Shown piece by piece: positions 46,673-57,167 of a stretch of DNA of 64,000 nt. The notes under the pieces are model-generated. The model ran no database searches and was not told where the DNA came from. It saw nothing but the letters and a program-made list of their open reading frames with translations. A program made the position numbers and the translations under genes. The stretch's first letter is position 1; every line of letters starts with the position of its first letter. The DNA is taken from the NCBI GenBank assembly GCA_963844295.1, contig CAWJNR010000002.1:875816-939815 (forward strand). Reading direction: 5' to 3'. Origin of the DNA: an uncultured Actinomycetota bacterium (lineage in GTDB: Bacteria > Actinomycetota > Actinomycetes > Mycobacteriales > SCTD01).

Positions 46673-47863
46673 CGGACGACCTCCCGGGGTCCTACGTCCG
46701 GCTCGGCCTGGCCTTCGACCGCCTGGCCCGCGGCTTCGTCGACGCCTGGACCGGTCCTGCCGAGGTCCGCGCCGCCGTCGAGAGCGGGCCGGCGCCGACT
46801 CCTGCCGGGCTCGCCGCCCGGGCCCGGGAGCTGCTCGCCGAGCTGCCGTCGGCCGGGCTCGCGCCGGAGCGGGAGGCGTTCCTCGCCGGTCAGCTCACCG
46901 GGCTCGAGATGAGCGGGCGGGTCCTGGCCGGTGAGCCGGTGCCGTTCGTGTCCTGCGTGCGGGCGTGGTTCCAGGTGGACCCGGCCCCGGCCGACCCCTC
47001 GACGTACGACGCGGCGCACCGGGCGCTCGACGATCTGCTGCCGGGGGACGGCCCGCTGCTGGACCGCTACGCCGCCTACCGCGACCGGGCGTGCGTCCCG
47101 CCGGAGCGGCTGCCCGAGGCGGTGCGCGCCTGGTCCTCGCTGCTGCGCGAGCGGACCCGTCTGGCCTTCCCGCTGCCGGAGGAGGAGGCCGTCGCGTACG
47201 AGGTCGTCACCGGGCAGCCGTGGGCCGGCTTCAACTACTACGAGGGGCGCTTCCGCAGCAGCGTCGCGATCAACGCCGACCTGCCGGTCGGGCTCGGTGC
47301 GCTGCCGGGGCTGGTCGCGCACGAGAGCTACCCCGGCCACCACACCGAGCGGTGCCGCAAGCAGGCGCGGCTGTCGGCGCTGCCCGAGCTCGACCTGTGG
47401 CTGGTGAACACCCCCGAGAACGTCCTGGCGGAGGGGCTCGCCGATCTCGGGCTGACCGGCCTCGGGCTCGACGACTGGGGACCGGTCGCCACCGAGCTGT
47501 ACGCCGACCTCGGCATCGCCTACGACGGCGAGCGCGGGCAGCAGATCGCCTGCGCCGCAGCTGCACTCGGGTCCGTTCGCCAGGACGCTGCGCTGCTGCT
47601 CCACGACCGGGGGCGGTCGCTGGAGGAGGTCGAGGCGTACCTCACCCGGTGGGCGCTGCTGTCCCCCGACCGCGCCCGCAAGACGCTGGCCTTCCTCACC
47701 GACCCGCTGTGGCGCGCGTACATCACGACGTACGTCGAGGGCGAGCGGCTGCTGCGGGCGTGGCTCGGCGGCGGGCGAGGCCGGGCCGCGCTTCGGCCGG
47801 CTGCTCGACGAGCAGCTGACGCCGGCAGGCCTGCGCGCCGACCTCGCCGCCGCCTCCTGCTGA
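46669..47863 (+). CDS. DUF885-like putative metallopeptidase-fold protein, C-terminal frameshift near 47775
   Basis: GTGA overlap with the upstream stop. [12 protein letters not shown] is the HExxPGHH motif. The last roughly 30 aa are in another frame ([24 protein letters not shown] ... stop at 47863). Confidence 0.62.
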
Positions 47864-48059
47864 CCCCCCGACTGTTCACCCGGTGGTCGCCGCGTGTCGC
47901 GCGCCCACGCGGTCGGGTGCGTCCTACCTTCCTGCGCAGCGGCCGGCAGACCGTCAGCCGCTCGGGAGGCCCGATGCGCGCAGGTGCATGCGAAGGGGCC
48001 GGCGCCCGGCCCCGTGGCCCGGCCCCGGTCGAAGCAGCACGGCGCGCTGGGAGCTCACT

Positions 48060-49352
48060 GTGAAGACAGCAGCGAAGACCTTCGTCCTCGACACCTCCGT
48101 CCTGCTCTCCGACCCGGGTGCCCTGGCCCGCTTCGCCGAGCACGAGGTCGTCCTCCCGCTCGTCGTCGTCAGCGAGCTGGAGGGCAAGCGCGACCACCCG
48201 GAGCTGGGCTGGTTCGCCCGGCAGGCGCTGCGGCTGCTGGACGACCTGCGCATCGAGCACGGCCGGCTCGACCGGCCGCTGCCGATGGGCGGCGGGACGC
48301 TGCGGGTCGAGCTGAACCACGTCGACACCTCGACCCTGCCGGCAGGCATCCGCGGGGAGGACGGCGACAGCCGGATCCTCGCCGTGGCAGCCAATCTCGC
48401 CGCTGAGGGCGCCGACGTCGTGCTGGTCTCCAAGGACCTGCCGCTGCGCGTCAAGGCGGCCTCGATCGGCCTGACCGCCCAGGAGTACCGCGCCGAGCTC
48501 GCCGTCTCCAGCGGCTGGACCGGGATGGCCGAGCTCGAGATCGCCGGGAGCGACCTCGACCTGCTCTACGCCGACGGCCGGCTCGAGCTCGACGAGGCGC
48601 GCGAGCTGCCGACGCACACCGGTCTGGTGCTGCTGTCCGAGCGCGGCAGCGGTCTCGGCCGCGTCGCGCCCGACAAGAGCGTGCGGCTGGTCCGCGGCGA
48701 CCGGGACGCCTTCGGGGTGCACGGGCGCTCCGCCGAGCAGCGCGTCGCGATCGACCTGCTGCTCGACCCGGAGGTCGGCATCGTCTCCCTCGGCGGGCGC
48801 GCCGGCACCGGCAAGTCGGCGCTCGCGCTGTGCGCCGGGCTGGAGTCGGTGCTCGAGCGGCGCGCGCACAAGAAGGTCGTCGTCTTCCGGCCGCTCTACG
48901 CCGTCGGCGGCCAGGACCTGGGCTACCTGCCCGGCGACAGCGCCGAGAAGATGGGCCCCTGGGCGCAGGCGGTCTTCGACACCCTCGGCGCGCTCGTCGA
49001 GCCGACCGTCGTCGAGGAGGTCATGGCGCGCGGCATGCTCGAGGTGCTGCCGCTCACCCACATCCGCGGGCGCTCGCTGCACGACGCGTTCGTCATCGTC
49101 GACGAGGCGCAGTCGCTCGAGCGCGGCGTGCTGCTCACCGTGCTGTCCCGCCTCGGCCAGGGCTCGCGGGTGGTGCTCACGCACGACGTCGCCCAGCGCG
49201 ACAACCTGCGCGTCGGCCGGCACGACGGCGTCGCCGCGGTCATCGAGACGCTCAAGGGCCACCCGCTGTTCGCGCACATCACGCTCACCCGGTCCGAGCG
49301 CTCCCCGATCGCCGCGCTCGTCACCGAGATGCTCGAGGACCTGCCCCTGTAG
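48060..49352 (+). CDS. phoH2: PhoH2: PIN-domain RNase fused to PhoH-like ATPase
   Basis: PIN domain: [13 protein letters not shown] ... [10 protein letters not shown] ... DSRILAVA. PhoH domain: [15 protein letters not shown] (Walker A) ... [10 protein letters not shown] ... [13 protein letters not shown]. Confidence 0.88.
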   Translation: MKTAAKTFVLDTSVLLSDPGALARFAEHEVVLPLVVVSELEGKRDHPELGWFARQALRLLDDLRIEHGRLDRPLPMGGGTLRVELNHVDTSTLPAGIRGEDGDSRILAVAANLAAEGADVVLVSKDLPLRVKAASIGLTAQEYRAELAVSSGWTGMAELEIAGSDLDLLYADGRLELDEARELPTHTGLVLLSERGSGLGRVAPDKSVRLVRGDRDAFGVHGRSAEQRVAIDLLLDPEVGIVSLGGRAGTGKSALALCAGLESVLERRAHKKVVVFRPLYAVGGQDLGYLPGDSAEKMGPWAQAVFDTLGALVEPTVVEEVMARGMLEVLPLTHIRGRSLHDAFVIVDEAQSLERGVLLTVLSRLGQGSRVVLTHDVAQRDNLRVGRHDGVAAVIETLKGHPLFAHITLTRSERSPIAALVTEMLEDLPL

Positions 49353-49382
49353 CGCTCTGGGAGCCCACCCTCGCACCCGGGC

Positions 49383-49447
49383 CGACGATCTTCGACCTCT
49401 GGCCCCCTCCTGCGGCGTGTCGACGGGCCACGAGTCGAAGATCGTCG
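49383..49447. repeat. 14-bp perfect inverted repeat with 37-nt loop between convergent genes (possible bidirectional terminator)
   Basis: CGACGATCTTCGAC ... GTCGAAGATCGTCG, read directly. The arms are unusually AT-containing for this genome. Confidence 0.45.
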
Positions 49448-49504
49448 CCCGTACGGGGCGGGGCTGGGCTCGGCCGTGCGGGGCGGGGCGGTGGGGGGCG
49501 CGGG

Positions 49505-50674
49505 TCAGTCGGACTCGGGGAGGCGGCCGCCGGGCGGGAGGTCGGTCGAGACGACCTGCTCCTCGCCGACGAGCGCGACGTCGCCCTCGCCGCCGACCGT
49601 GACGCCCGCGGTCACCTCGCTGCCGCGGTCGATGACGGCCTTGACCACCCGCGCCCCGGCGCGCACCACGACGCCCTCGAGCAGGACGCTGTCCACGACC
49701 TCGGCGCCCTCGTCGACCACGACGCCCGCGGACAGCACGGAGCGGCGGACGGTCCCCGCGACGGTGCTGCCGGGGGACAGCAGCGAGTCCTCGACGACCG
49801 CACCGCGACGGACCAGCGCCGGGCCGTGGACGCCGGCCCGGGTGAGCAGCGGCCAGGCCGCGTCGCTCGGGTCGTACGCCGGCTCGTCGACGAGCAGGTC
49901 CTGGTGCGCCGACCAGTACGCCTCGACGGTCCCGAGATCGCGCCAGTAGCCGTCGAACCGGTGCTCGCGCGCCTCGCCCTGCGTCACGAGCTGGGGGAGC
50001 ACCTCGTCGCCGAGGTCGCCCAGGTCGTCGGTCTCCGCGGCCAGCTCGTCGAGCAGGTCGACCAGCACGCCCGGGTCGAAGACGAGGACCTCGTTGGCGA
50101 TGAGGTCGCTCTTGGGCTCGTCCGGCTTGTACTCGTAGTCGACGACGCGCCCGTCCTCGACGAGCACGACCCCGTACCGGCCGGCGTCGTCGGGCTCGAC
50201 CCTCGTCGTCACCATCGTCACGGAGGCGCCGGAGTCCAGGTGCTCGCGGACGACCACCTCGTAGTCGAGCGCGTAGACGGCGTCCGCGGACAGCACCACC
50301 AGGACCTGCGGGTCGAAGCCGCGGATCAGGTCGGTCTGCCGCCACAGCGCGTCGGCGGTGCCGGTGTGCCACCCGTCCTTGGGGTCGTCGTCACCGCCCT
50401 TGCGCGGGTGCAGGTAGAGCAGCCCGCCGGCGGTGCGGTCGAGGTCCCAGGGCCGACCGTTGCTCAGGTGCTCCTGCAGCGAGAAGGGGTGCGTCTGCTC
50501 GAGCAGCCAGACGTCGGACAGCCCCGAGTGCAGGACGTTGGACAGCACGACGTCGACGAGGCGGTAGCGCCCGGCGTACGGCACGGCCGGCTTGGCCCGC
50601 CGGTCGGTGAGCGCCTCGAGCCGACCGCCCTCCCCGCCCGCGAGCACGACGACGAGGACCCGCGGCTGCACCAT
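49505..50674 (-). CDS. Glucose-1-phosphate adenylyltransferase family (GlgC-like) sugar-phosphate nucleotidyltransferase
   Basis: [44 protein letters not shown] ... [14 protein letters not shown], plus a C-terminal left-handed beta-helix region. Confidence 0.8.
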   Translation of the reverse strand: MVQPRVLVVVLAGGEGGRLEALTDRRAKPAVPYAGRYRLVDVVLSNVLHSGLSDVWLLEQTHPFSLQEHLSNGRPWDLDRTAGGLLYLHPRKGGDDDPKDGWHTGTADALWRQTDLIRGFDPQVLVVLSADAVYALDYEVVVREHLDSGASVTMVTTRVEPDDAGRYGVVLVEDGRVVDYEYKPDEPKSDLIANEVLVFDPGVLVDLLDELAAETDDLGDLGDEVLPQLVTQGEAREHRFDGYWRDLGTVEAYWSAHQDLLVDEPAYDPSDAAWPLLTRAGVHGPALVRRGAVVEDSLLSPGSTVAGTVRRSVLSAGVVVDEGAEVVDSVLLEGVVVRAGARVVKAVIDRGSEVTAGVTVGGEGDVALVGEEQVVSTDLPPGGRLPESD

Positions 50675-50743
50675 GGCGCCGACTGTTCCCCACGTCGCCG
50701 CGACCACGCCCGCCGGGGGGTGGGCCGCTCGGGCGTACGGGGC

Positions 50744-52149
50744 CTACAGCCCCGGGCGGGTCATCGACAGCACGTCGAGCGCCTCGTCGAGCTGCTGCCT
50801 CGGTGAGGTCGCCCTTCTCGACGTAGCCGCCCTCGACGACGACCTGGCGGATCGTCTTCTTCTCCTTCAGCGCCTGCTTGGCGACCTTGGCCGCGCTCTC
50901 GTAGCCGATGTACTTGTTGAGCGGCGTGACGATCGACGGCGAGGACTCGGCGAGCTCGCGGCAGCGCTCCTCGTCGGCGACGATCCCGTCGACGGTGCGG
51001 TCGGCGAGCAGGCGGGAGATGTTGGCCAGCAGGCGGATCGACTCGAGCAGGTTGCGGGCCATCACCGGCAGCATGACGTTGAGCTCGAAGTTGCCGGCGG
51101 CGCCGGCGAAGGCGATGGCGGCGTCGTTGCCGATGACCTGCGCGCAGACCATGTGGGTCGCCTCGGGGATGACCGGGTTCACCTTGCCCGGCATGATCGA
51201 CGACCCGGGCTGCAGGTCGGGCAGCTGGATCTCGCCGAGCCCCGCGCGCGGGCCGGAGCCCATCCAGCGGATGTCGTTGCAGATCTTGTGCAGGCCGACC
51301 GCGATCGTGCGCAGCTGGCCGGAGGCCTCGACGAGCCCGTCGCGGGCGCCCTGCGCCTCGAAGTGGTCGCGCGCCTCGGTGAGCGGCAGGCCGGTGGCGG
51401 AGGCGACCTCGGCGATGACGGCCGCGCTGAAGCCGGGCGGGGTGTTGATGCCGGTGCCGACCGCCGTGCCGCCCAGCGGGAGCTCGGCCAGCCGGGGGAG
51501 GGAGGCCTGCAGGCGCTCGACGCCGTACCGCACCTGGGCGGCGTAGCCGCCGAACTCCTGCCCGAGCGTGACCGGGGTGGCGTCCATGAGGTGGGTGCGG
51601 CCGGACTTCACGACCGTCGCGAGCTCGTCGCGCTTGCGCTCCAGCGAGGCGGCCAGGTGCTCCAGCGCCGGTACGAGGTCGTTCACCACGGCGCTCGTCG
51701 CGGCGATGTGGATGCTGCTCGGGAAGACGTCGTTGGAGGACTGCGAGGCGTTGACGTGGTCGTTGGGGTGGACCGGGCTGCCGAGCTTCTCGGTGGCCAG
51801 GGTGGCGAGCACCTCGTTGGTGTTCATGTTCGACGAGGTGCCGGAGCCGGTCTGGAAGACGTCGACCGGGAAGTGGGCGTCCCAGCGCCCGTCGGCGACC
51901 TCGGCGGCGGCCTCCTGGATCGCCTGCGGCCATCTCCGGCTGCAGGACGCCGAGGTCGGCGTTGACCTTCGCGGCCGCCGCCTTGATGCGGGCGAGCGCC
52001 TCGATGTGGGCCCGCTCGAGCGGCTGGCCGCTGACCGGGAAGTTCTCCACCGCCCGCTGGGTCTGGCTGCGGTACTTCGCGTCCTTCGGGACCCGCACCT
52101 CGCCCATCGTGTCGTGCTCGATCCGCCACTCCTGCGTCTGGTCAGCCAT
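50744..52149 (-). CDS. fumC: Class II fumarate hydratase, two frameshifts (about 51930 and 50795) as sequenced
   Basis: N-terminus [26 protein letters not shown] in one frame. Core in ORF 50391..52208: [27 protein letters not shown] (SS loop). Tail [16 protein letters not shown]-stop in a third frame. Confidence 0.9.
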
Positions 52150-52186
52150 GGGGGCATCCTGCCAACCCGCCTGAGAGGGTGAGCGG

Positions 52187-53272
52187 GTGGCCACCCGGCA
52201 GAGCGCACGAGCGGCCGTACGACGGCGCGCGACGGCCTCGGCAGCGCGGGTGCGGACCGGCTCCTGGTCGGTCCTGCAGTGCGCGGTCGGCGCCGCCTCG
52301 GCGTGGGCGCTGGCCACCGGGCTGCTCGGCCACGACCGGCCGTTCTTCGCCTGCGTCGCCGTCGTCGTCTGCCTGGGGGTGCGCGCGGCGCAGCGGCTGC
52401 GGCGGGTGGCCGAGCTGGCTGTCGGCGTCACGATCGGCGTGGCCGTCGGCGACGCCCTGGTCGGCGTCATCGGCACCGGCGCCTGGCAGATCGGGCTGGT
52501 GGTCGCCATCGCGCTGGTGCTGGCGCTCGCCCTCGACGGCGGGACGCTCGTGACCGCCCAGGCCGGGCTGCAGGCGGTCTTCGTCGTCGCGCTGCCCCGG
52601 GTGGAGGGCGGCGACATCGAGCGCTGGCAGGACGCGATGGTCGGCGGCGCCACCGCCCTGGCCGTGGCCGCGCTGCTCCCCGCCGCGCCCTGGGGACCGG
52701 CGCACCGGGCCGCGAGGGTGGCGATCCGCGAGCTGGCCGCGGTGCTGCGCGACACGGCCGCGGCGCTGCGCGAGCAGGACACCGCGAGCGCGGCCTTCGC
52801 GCTGGCGCGCGCCCGGGCGACCTCGCCCGCGCTGACGGCCTGGGGCGAGGCCCTGCTGACGGGTCGCGACATCACGCGGCTGTCCCCGCTGCGCAGGGAC
52901 ACCGGCGGCGTGTGGGAGGCGCAGTCGCGCACCGCCGCGGGCGTGGACCGGGCGACCCGCAACGTCCGGGTGCTGGTGCGCAGGGTGCTGTTCGCGCTGG
53001 GCGAGGGGGATCCGCTGCCCCCGGCGCTGCCGACGCTGCTGGAGCAGCTGGCCGCCGCGGTGGACCTGCTCGCCGACGACGTGGCGCAGGAGCAGACCCG
53101 GGCGCTGCGGGCGCTGACCGACCTGGCCGCGGTGCTCGACCCGGCGGTGCTGCACGGCGGGCTGTCCAGCTCCGTGGCGGTCGGGCAGCTGCGGGCGGCC
53201 GTCGTCGACCTGCTCGAGGCGGTCGGCGTGGCGCCCGACCGGGCGCGGGCGGCGCTGCCGCGCAGCGGCTGA
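52187..53272 (+). CDS. FUSC / aromatic acid exporter family membrane protein
   Basis: N-terminal TM bundle ([39 protein letters not shown] ...), then a helical cytoplasmic domain. Confidence 0.68.
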   Translation: MATRQSARAAVRRRATASAARVRTGSWSVLQCAVGAASAWALATGLLGHDRPFFACVAVVVCLGVRAAQRLRRVAELAVGVTIGVAVGDALVGVIGTGAWQIGLVVAIALVLALALDGGTLVTAQAGLQAVFVVALPRVEGGDIERWQDAMVGGATALAVAALLPAAPWGPAHRAARVAIRELAAVLRDTAAALREQDTASAAFALARARATSPALTAWGEALLTGRDITRLSPLRRDTGGVWEAQSRTAAGVDRATRNVRVLVRRVLFALGEGDPLPPALPTLLEQLAAAVDLLADDVAQEQTRALRALTDLAAVLDPAVLHGGLSSSVAVGQLRAAVVDLLEAVGVAPDRARAALPRSG

Positions 53273-53427
53273 CCCGGGACGTACTCGGACAGACCGGCAC
53301 GGCTGGTCGCCCCGGCTTGACCGCGAGCGGTGTGACGTGTCCAACATCCGGGTCTCGCTCCGGTCGGGTGACCGGGGCGTGACGGACCGCCCCCCGCGGA
53401 CCGTCGGGTCGACGACGAGGAGCAAGG

Positions 53428-55683
53428 GTGCGGATCGCACGCAGGACGACAGCAGGGGCGGTGGTGGTGCTCGCGGCGCTGCTGGCGCCGATGAGCACGG
53501 CGTCGGCTCAGGAGGTCCCGGCCGGGACCTACGTCGCCGACGCGGAGAGCGCTCAGTTCGAGGCCTCGACGGGCTTCGAGACGGCCGAGCGCCTGTGGGG
53601 CGTGGAGAACGGCGCGGAGTACCGGATCGAGGTGCCGGCCGACTGGAACGGCGAGCTCGTCACGTACTCGCACGGGTTCGTCTCGCCGCTGATCACGGAG
53701 CTGGACGCGCCGCTCCCGCCGCTGCGGGACCTGTTCCTCTCGCAGGGCTTCGCGTGGGCGTCCTCGAGCTACAGCGCCAACGGCTACGTGATCAACGAGG
53801 GCATCGCCGGCACCATGGACCTGCTGGAGATCTTCGAGCGCGAGGTCGCGCCCCTGGAGGAGCAGGTCTACGCGACCGGCGTGTCCATGGGCGGACACAT
53901 CGTCGGAGCCATGATCGAGCAGTTCCCGGACACCTTCGACGGTGCGCTGCCCGTGTGCGGCGTCATGGGCGACGAGGAGCTGTACGACTACTTCCTCGGT
54001 CACGCGGCTGTGGCGCAGACGCTGGCCGGGCTGGAGGACGTGCCGATCCCGGCGCCGGCCGACTACCTGTCCGCCGTCGTCCCGCAGATCAGGACCGCTC
54101 TCGGCTACGGCCCCGGCGTCTCCCTCACCGACGCCGGCCAGCAGCTCTCGGCCGTGACCGAGGACCTCACCGGTGGCGAGCGGCCGTTGTTCGACGAGGC
54201 CTTCGAGTTCTGGAGCGACACCGCGGCGATCGGGCAGCTGCCCTTCCTGCTGGGCGTCTACGGCGGTGCGCTGACCGGTGGCCCGGCGACGGCCGCGTCC
54301 CCGTTCGCCACCAACGTCGACCAGACCTACCAGCTCGACGACCGGGCGGCGCTCACGCCGACCGAGGAGGCGCTCAACGACGCCGTCCCCCGCCAGGCGC
54401 AGACCCAGCCGGCGCCGTTCCCCGCCATCGAGGGCACCCTCGGCACCGCCACCAAGGTGCTGACGATGCACACGATCGGCGACCTGTTCGTGCCGTTCTC
54501 GATGCAGCAGGTCTACCTCCAGGAGGCCATCGAGCAGGGCTCGGACGACCGCCTGGTGCAGCGCGCCATCCGCGACGTCGGCCACTGCGCCTTCTCCGCC
54601 GAGGAGTTCGTCACCGGCTTCGTCGACCTCGTCACGTGGGTGAAGGGCGGCCCGAAGCCGGCCGGCGACGACATCCTCGACCCGGCTGTCGTGGCGGACC
54701 AGGACTTCGGCTGCACCTTCACGACCGGCACCACGGCCACGCGCGGGCTCGTCCCCCCGTGCGGGGCGCTGGAGCGGATCGCCGGCATCGACCGGATCCG
54801 CACCGCCGTCGCGCTGGTCGACGAGACGTACGACTCCGCGCCGACCGTCGTCCTGGCCCGGGCGGACGTCTACGCCGACGCGCTCGCCGCTGCGCCGCTG
54901 GCCGGGCGCTTCGACGCGCCCGTGCTGCTCACCGCGCCGGACGCCCTGCCCGGCTCCGTCGCACGGCAGCTCGAGGTGCTCGGCACGACGAACGTCATCG
55001 TCATGGGCGGTCCGGCCGCCGTGTCCGATGCCGTCCTCGCGACGCTGACCGGCATGGGCGTCGAGTCCCGCCGCGTCGCCGGGGCCGACCGCTACGCCAC
55101 GGCGGCCGCGGCGGCGGAGCAGCTCGGCGGCGACAGCGCCTTCGTCGTCCTCGGGACCTCCACCGACCCGCTGCGCGGCTGGCCGGACGCCGTGTCGGTG
55201 GCGGCGCTGGCCGCCTACCAGGAGCGGCCGGTCCTGCTGGTCGAGCAGGACGCGGTGCCGGCCGTGACCGCGGCTGCGGTGCGAGAGCTGGACATCGTGA
55301 CGATCGTCGGCGGTCCCGCGGCGGTGTCCGCTGACGTGGCCACCGACCTGGCGGCCCTCGGGGTCGAGGTCTCCCGCGTCGCGGGCCAGACCCGCTACGG
55401 CACGTCGGCCGCGATCAGCGAGCTCGCGCTCGGCGCCGGGATGACGCTCGACACGGCCTACCTCGCGACCGGCCGCGGCTTCGCCGACGCGCTGGTGGCC
55501 GGCCCGGCCGCGGCGAGCACCGGCAGCCTGCTGCTGCTGGTCGACGAGGACCCGGCGACGGTCGAGCCGACCGTCGCGCTGCTCCGCGACCGTGCCGCGC
55601 AGGTCGGCGAGCTGGTCGTCGTCGGTGGCACGAGCGCGGTGTCCGCCGCGGTCGCCGCCGCGGTCCAGGGCCTCGTCGAGTAG
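53428..55683 (+). CDS. Secreted alpha/beta-hydrolase fused to three C-terminal CWB2 (cell-wall-binding repeat 2) modules
   Basis: Signal peptide: [19 protein letters not shown]. Nucleophile elbow: GVSMGGH. C-terminal Asp/His context: HTIGDLFVP ... RDVGHCAF. There are three roughly 100-aa repeats, each starting (D/T)R(I/Y)xTA. Repeat 1: [16 protein letters not shown]. Repeat 2: [15 protein letters not shown]. Repeat 3: [15 protein letters not shown]. Confidence 0.8.
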   Translation: MRIARRTTAGAVVVLAALLAPMSTASAQEVPAGTYVADAESAQFEASTGFETAERLWGVENGAEYRIEVPADWNGELVTYSHGFVSPLITELDAPLPPLRDLFLSQGFAWASSSYSANGYVINEGIAGTMDLLEIFEREVAPLEEQVYATGVSMGGHIVGAMIEQFPDTFDGALPVCGVMGDEELYDYFLGHAAVAQTLAGLEDVPIPAPADYLSAVVPQIRTALGYGPGVSLTDAGQQLSAVTEDLTGGERPLFDEAFEFWSDTAAIGQLPFLLGVYGGALTGGPATAASPFATNVDQTYQLDDRAALTPTEEALNDAVPRQAQTQPAPFPAIEGTLGTATKVLTMHTIGDLFVPFSMQQVYLQEAIEQGSDDRLVQRAIRDVGHCAFSAEEFVTGFVDLVTWVKGGPKPAGDDILDPAVVADQDFGCTFTTGTTATRGLVPPCGALERIAGIDRIRTAVALVDETYDSAPTVVLARADVYADALAAAPLAGRFDAPVLLTAPDALPGSVARQLEVLGTTNVIVMGGPAAVSDAVLATLTGMGVESRRVAGADRYATAAAAAEQLGGDSAFVVLGTSTDPLRGWPDAVSVAALAAYQERPVLLVEQDAVPAVTAAAVRELDIVTIVGGPAAVSADVATDLAALGVEVSRVAGQTRYGTSAAISELALGAGMTLDTAYLATGRGFADALVAGPAAASTGSLLLLVDEDPATVEPTVALLRDRAAQVGELVVVGGTSAVSAAVAAAVQGLVE

Positions 55684-55697
55684 CCGCCCGCTCGTAC

Positions 55698-55737
55698 GCC
55701 GCAGGCCCGTCCCCCGTCCCGGGGCCGGGCCTGCGGC
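55698..55737 (+). terminator. Hairpin terminator after hydrolase gene (12-bp stem)
   Basis: GCCGCAGGCCCG ... CGGGCCTGCGGC, starting 15 nt after the stop. Confidence 0.55.
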
Positions 55738-55750
55738 ACGTCCCGGCCCC

Positions 55751-55800
55751 TTGCGTCCTGCAGCGCACGCACCACGGCTGTCCGCCTCGTAGGACGCGAA
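55751..55800. repeat. Hairpin repeat copy R1
   Basis: cTTGCGTCCTGCagcgcacgcaccacggctgtccgcctcGTAGGACGCGAAg (left arm perfect, right arm imperfect). Confidence 0.6.
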
Positions 55801-55851
55801 GGCCCAGCGCTGGCCGGCCGTTCTTCCACGGAGTCACCCGCGTGCCGCTGC

Positions 55852-55900
55852 TTGCGTCCTGCACCAGCGGCGGCGAAGGCATCCGCCGCGCAGGACGTCC
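55852..55900. repeat. Hairpin repeat copy R2
   Basis: TTGCGTCCTGCaccagcggcggcgaaggcatccgccgcGCAGGACGTCC. Confidence 0.6.
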
Positions 55901-55947
55901 GATGCGGGGTGCGACGGGTGGATGGCTGCCGGCCCGGCGGCTGACGC

Positions 55948-55998
55948 TCGCGTCCTGCGCGGGAGAGTCCCGGATCTGTCCCCTGTGCAGGACGTCCG
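55948..55998. repeat. Hairpin repeat copy R3
   Basis: TCGCGTCCTGCgcgggagagtcccggatctgtcccctgtGCAGGACGTCCG. It shares the GCAGGACGTCCG right arm with R2. Confidence 0.55.
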
Positions 55999-56043
55999 GA
56001 GCGTCCACAGGGTGCGGTCGACCGCTTCCGCCGCGCCGCCGTC

Positions 56044-57000
56044 GTGCGCTCGGATCGGGCCATGCCTCCGAAGTCCGACCTCCGCCTGGCCCGAGCCCGG
56101 GCGCTGCGCCTCGCCGCTGGACAGGACCTGGTCCTCAGCCGCCGCCAGCTGTACGCGGCTGGCGTCCCGCGCTGGGCCGTGCGGCACGAGCTGCGGGTGG
56201 GCCGGTGGCAGCGCACCGGCCGGCAGACGGTCGTCGTGCACAACGGTCCGCTCACGGTCGCTGCCCAGCGGTGGGTCGCGGTGCTCGAGTGCGGTCCGCG
56301 GGCGGCGCTCGACGGAGTCTCCAGCTTGCAGGCGGGCGGCCTCGCGCACCTGACCGACGTGGTGGTCCACGTGATCGTCCCCAAGGGCTCCCGCAAGCCG
56401 CGACTGCGAGGTGTGCGGATCCACGAGAGCCGGCGCTGGCGGGAGGAGGACGTCGTCGACGAGGGCATCCGTCGCACGCGCGCGGCGGTCGCGGCGGTGC
56501 ACGCCGCGCTGTGGGCGGTCACGGACCGGCAGGCCCAGCTGTTCGTGGTGCTCGCCGTGCAGCAGGGGCGGACGACCGTCCAGCAGGTGCACGAGGTCCT
56601 CACGACCGTCCGGCGGCACGGCCGCCGCCGGCTGCTGCACGCGCTCCTCCTCGACCTCGCGGGGGGCGTGCGCAGCCTGGGTGAGCTCGACGTCGCGCGC
56701 GCCATGCGCAGCCGCGGCCTGCCGGAGCCGCTCCGGCAGGCGGTCCGCCGCCGCGCCTCGGGCAGCCACTACCTCGACGCGGAGTTCCCGGAGCACCAGG
56801 TCGTCCTCGAGGTCGACGGAGCGCAGCACGACGAGCTCGACCACCGGCTCAGCGACCTGCTGCGGGACGTCGCCGCCTCCTGCGAGGGCAGCACCACCGT
56901 CCGCATCCCGCTCGTGGCCTGGCGGTTGGACGAGGGCGCGGTGCTGGACGCCCTCGAGCTGCTGTTCGCCTCCCGTGGCTGGCTCCGGCCGGCCGCCTGA
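56044..57000 (+). CDS. DUF559 domain-containing protein (Vsr/restriction-endonuclease-like fold)
   Basis: LSRRQLYAAGVPRWAVRHELRVGRWQR ... C-terminal nuclease-fold part YLDAEFPEHQVVLEVDGAQHD ... TVRIPL. The start could instead be the ATG at 56062. Confidence 0.78.
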   Translation: MRSDRAMPPKSDLRLARARALRLAAGQDLVLSRRQLYAAGVPRWAVRHELRVGRWQRTGRQTVVVHNGPLTVAAQRWVAVLECGPRAALDGVSSLQAGGLAHLTDVVVHVIVPKGSRKPRLRGVRIHESRRWREEDVVDEGIRRTRAAVAAVHAALWAVTDRQAQLFVVLAVQQGRTTVQQVHEVLTTVRRHGRRRLLHALLLDLAGGVRSLGELDVARAMRSRGLPEPLRQAVRRRASGSHYLDAEFPEHQVVLEVDGAQHDELDHRLSDLLRDVAASCEGSTTVRIPLVAWRLDEGAVLDALELLFASRGWLRPAA

Positions 57001-57004
57001 CCTC

Positions 57005-57054
57005 GTACGTCCTGCTGCGTCTGCAGGGGACGTGTCCGCCCTGCAGGACGCAAG
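57005..57054. repeat. Hairpin repeat copy R4 (inverted orientation relative to R1)
   Basis: GTACGTCCTGCtgcgtctgcaggggacgtgtccgcccTGCAGGACGCAAG. The right end CTGCAGGACGCAAG is the exact reverse complement of the R1 left end CTTGCGTCCTGCAG. Confidence 0.6.
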
Positions 57055-57089
57055 CGCGAGGCGGGCCCTACGACCGGGCGACTCACCCC

Positions 57090-57139
57090 TTGCGTCCTGC
57101 TGCGGCCGCAGGGGAGGTGTCCGGGCAGCAGGACGCAAC
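57090..57139. repeat. Hairpin repeat copy R5 (perfect 14-bp arms)
   Basis: TTGCGTCCTGCTGCggccgcaggggaggtgtccgggGCAGCAGGACGCAA. The loop shares GCAGGGGA(C/G)GTGTCCG with R4. Confidence 0.65.
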
Positions 57140-57167
57140 GGAGACCCGGCGCCGGCGCCGCCCCGGG

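Noticed and set aside
55750-56000. Possible CRISPR array: a repeated motif roughly every 100 nt upstream of the DUF559 gene.
   Set aside because: The units are self-complementary hairpins with variable loops, not direct repeats separated by unique spacers. Arm sequences are imperfect, there are only three units, and no cas genes are nearby.
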